Shown one piece after another: positions 42,501-43,754 of a DNA stretch of 43,754 nt. Every line of letters begins with the position of its first letter. The stretch's first letter is position 1. The position numbers were made by a program, and so were the translations under genes. The stretch is from a virus (lineage: Duplodnaviria > Heunggongvirae > Uroviricota > Caudoviricetes), in the IMG/VR virus record IMGVR_UViG_2778261353_000008. The stretch is one strand, 5' to 3'. The notes under the pieces were generated by a model, which saw only the letters and a program-made list of their open reading frames with translations, did not search any database and had not been told where the DNA came from.

Positions 42501-42892
42501 CGACGAAAGCAATCCGTAAAATGAACGGATACACCTACACGCTCAGGGAAAACGGGATGCCTTATGCTGGCATTATTGCACAGGAAGTAATGGAGGCGAT
42601 ACCAGAAGCTGTGGGATCGTTTACTCATTACGGTGAAGAGTTGCAGGGACCAACGGTTGACGGCAATGAATTACGTGAAGAAACACGTTATCTGAATGTT
42701 GACTACGCCGCCGTGACGGGGTTACTTGTTCAGGTCGCCCGTGAAACAGATGGTCGCGTTACCGCGCTGGAAGAGGAAAACATAACGCTACGTAAAAATC
42801 TGGCAACAGCAGGCACCCGGATCAGCACTCTGGAAAATCAGGTAAGCGAACTGGTTGCACTTGTCGGGCAGTTAACAGGAAGCGAACATTGA
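39581..42892 (+). CDS. stf: Side tail fibre with lambda-Stf-like N-terminus, Ala/Ser-rich repeat shaft and C-terminal intramolecular chaperone (peptidase S74-like) domain
   Basis: 1103 aa; N-terminal ~200 aa match lambda Stf; C-terminus contains ...NQSSDRDLKDDI... followed by NGYTYTLRENGMPYAGIIAQEV...YLNVDYAAVTGLLVQ, typical of self-cleaving IMC domains (endosialidase / T5 pb1 type). Confidence 0.85.
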   Translation: MNMAVKISGVLKDGAGKPVQNCTIQLKAKRNSTTVVVNTVASENPDEAGRYSMDVEYGQYSVILLVEGFPPSHAGTITVYEDSRPGTLNDFLGAMTEDDARPEALRRFELMVEEVARNASAVAQNTAAAKKSASDASTSAREAATHATDAADSARAASTSAGQAASSAQSASSSAGTASTKATEASKSAAAAESSKSAAATSAGAAKTSETNAAASQQSAATSASTATTKASEAATSARDASASKEAAKSSETNASSSASSAASSATAAGNSAKAAKTSETNADNSAQAAADSQTASANSATAAKKSETNAKNSEAAAKSSETNAKASETNAKSSETNAAKSAADALNYRNQAQVIVGDNIGLGEVAMTCTDISVEPSGYIGFVRIYISAKGYPSVASSAGDNLISGYIVRSEVSTKRYSGLFVGSDTKSLYSYIYSQSSGPQWIRHTRRDELSRFGQNESTTRMYGPTGDRFFEIHTNGSWGVYDSSSGQWSPLGLAQGGTGGRTIEQARANLRVMYEQKAGLANTDLNTLTGEYSGFYQQPTSAYATEELNYPIGLAGALIVLQTRANTASSCVQVYYPYNNPGITYRRIYEGGSGTWSEWKRDVSTERVEEGKETTYVYSTYSSGAPRLQVSKSGLWGCHNGTGWLPLAVGQGGTGATTVEDARNNLSLGESSAVKFKNLTLTEALDTTLGLLTKTGRDWNTQHTDNINKFIPIAGSTNGPAGSMVLGGIHVQFSKNYAVQFGGRNSGFWGRTIENGTTQEWKKLLTVDDLNSSTDLAVRSLTTSNPVKSGGGRIDVLGSTSDYSKMDCFVRGFDSTGNSLAWALGSSVGVSKMLSLKNFFSGAEILLNGNDGAVQLKTGAVNGAKAQALTINKDEVNSTVDLTLTKQTGTGNRFVLQNLGNTELSFAAKVWGSSDRQNVFEVGTSAAYLFYAQKTSAGQLFDVNGAINCTTLNQSSDRDLKDDILVISDATKAIRKMNGYTYTLRENGMPYAGIIAQEVMEAIPEAVGSFTHYGEELQGPTVDGNELREETRYLNVDYAAVTGLLVQVARETDGRVTALEEENITLRKNLATAGTRISTLENQVSELVALVGQLTGSEH
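40195..40600 (+). repeat. Tandem degenerate repeats encoding K(S/T)SETNA units in the stf shaft
   Basis: Repeated ...aaa(a/t)c(a/g)tc(a/t)ga(a/g)ac(g/c)aa(c/t)gc... units read directly; the same repeat class is present in lambda Stf. Confidence 0.7.
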
Positions 42893-42943
42893 TATCCTTC
42901 AAGCCCTGAAGGAGGCTGTTCCTGGTACGTTCAGACTGTTGTT

Positions 42944-43066
42944 GAGCTGGAAATCGCAACGGAGGAAGAAACTTCGTTGCTGGAAGTCTGGAAAAAGTAT
43001 CGGGTGTTGCTGAACCGTGTTAATACATCAGTAGTACCGGATATTGAATGGCCAGCACTGCCGTAG
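42944..43066 (+). pseudogene. tfa: 3' remnant of tail fibre assembly gene tfa
   Basis: Frame continuing after the stf stop encodes ...[40 protein letters not shown], matching the lambda Tfa C-terminus; no start codon or N-terminal portion present. Confidence 0.7.
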
Positions 43067-43163
43067 GGTAAAACATATAAATTCTATAATTAGATGTATC
43101 TTTCCATTTACGGCAAGGAAGGGGGCTTGGAAGACGTAAAGCATCTCACACCGAGATTATTTT

Positions 43164-43754
43164 TTATATGTCAGGTGTCTGAAGTTTTGCTTTGGCTCTT
43201 AAAATGGTTTGCCGCGAGGTTTTGAATTCCCGGGCAATGGCACTTATACTTACACCTGACTTAATTCGTTCGAATACCACCTGTTTCTGTTCTTCATTTA
43301 ACACAGGTGGTCGACCAAAACGTTTCCCTGCGCCGCGGGCTCTTACTATCCCGGAATGAGTGCGTTCAAGTAAAAGGTCTCGTTCAAATTCAGCGACTGC
43401 TGAAATTACTTGCATCATCATTTTTCCTGTTGGACTGGTCAGGTCAATGCCACCCAATGCTAAGCAATGCACTCTGATACCTGTTTCGGTCAGTTGTTCC
43501 ACTGTTTTCCTGATATCCATTGCATTACAACCAAGGCGATCCAGTTTTGTCACAATCAATTGATCACCACATTTCAGGCGAGCAAGCAACCGGTTAAAAC
43601 CAGGACGCTCACTGGTTGCTGCTGAGCCGCTAATGTGTTCTTCGATTATTTGCTGAGGTTTGATTTTAAAACCTGCACTTTCGATTTCCCGGCGTTGATT
43701 TTCGGTGGTCTGATCCAGCGTTGATATCCGACAGTAAGCAAAAATTCGAGACAT
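43164..43754 (-). CDS. pin: Serine recombinase / DNA invertase (Pin/Hin/Gin family)
   Basis: 196 aa; N-terminal resolvase catalytic domain ([17 protein letters not shown], catalytic Ser) and C-terminal HTH; start codon is the last 3 nt of the window; typical position next to tail-fibre genes. Confidence 0.88.

Noticed and set aside
42893-42913. Imperfect palindrome at the stf stop as a Pin recombination (pix/gix-like) site
   Set aside because: Only weak resemblance to Hin/Gin crossover sites and no partner site within the window; kept as a note under the tail-fibre finding rather than called as a feature.

Overview
This window is a near-complete lambdoid prophage. It starts exactly at the stop codon of a tyrosine integrase and ends exactly at the start codon of a Pin-like serine invertase, so neither att site is in view. 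All calls rest on reading the supplied ORF translations and the raw sequence against remembered phage lambda, P22, phage 21 and DLP12 proteins; no database search was run and small-feature coordinates may be off by 1-2 nt. The backbone is phage-lambda-like: int/xis, the early-left operon (exo, bet, gam, kil, cIII, ea10, ral), O-P-ren with the ori iterons inside O, a nin region, and a cos-Nu1-A-W-B-C/Nu3-D-E-FI-FII-Z-U-V-G/T-H-M-L-K-I-J head and tail module that is co-linear with lambda. It is strongly mosaic. The immunity region (N, cI, cro, cII, operators) is non-lambda. The lysis cassette is phage-21/DLP12-type (71-aa S21-type holin, SAR endolysin, Rz/Rz1, bor). The J C-terminus and the side tail fibre differ from lambda. 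Cargo includes two divergent phage Dam-family methyltransferases, an AT-rich membrane-protein cassette between ea10 and ral, and a Q-to-S island carrying a Blc-like lipocalin, a DUF523/DUF1722 (TudS-like) protein and an AT-rich AraC-family regulator. The most interesting locus is the slot where lambda carries rexA-rexB: downstream of cI and upstream of a lambda-like t_imm hairpin sits an AT-rich two-gene cassette, a 300-aa protein with Clp-fold serine-peptidase-like motifs and a directly abutting 56-aa ORF, which I propose as a candidate lysogen-expressed exclusion or defence module. No tRNA, rRNA, CRISPR array or IS element was seen.
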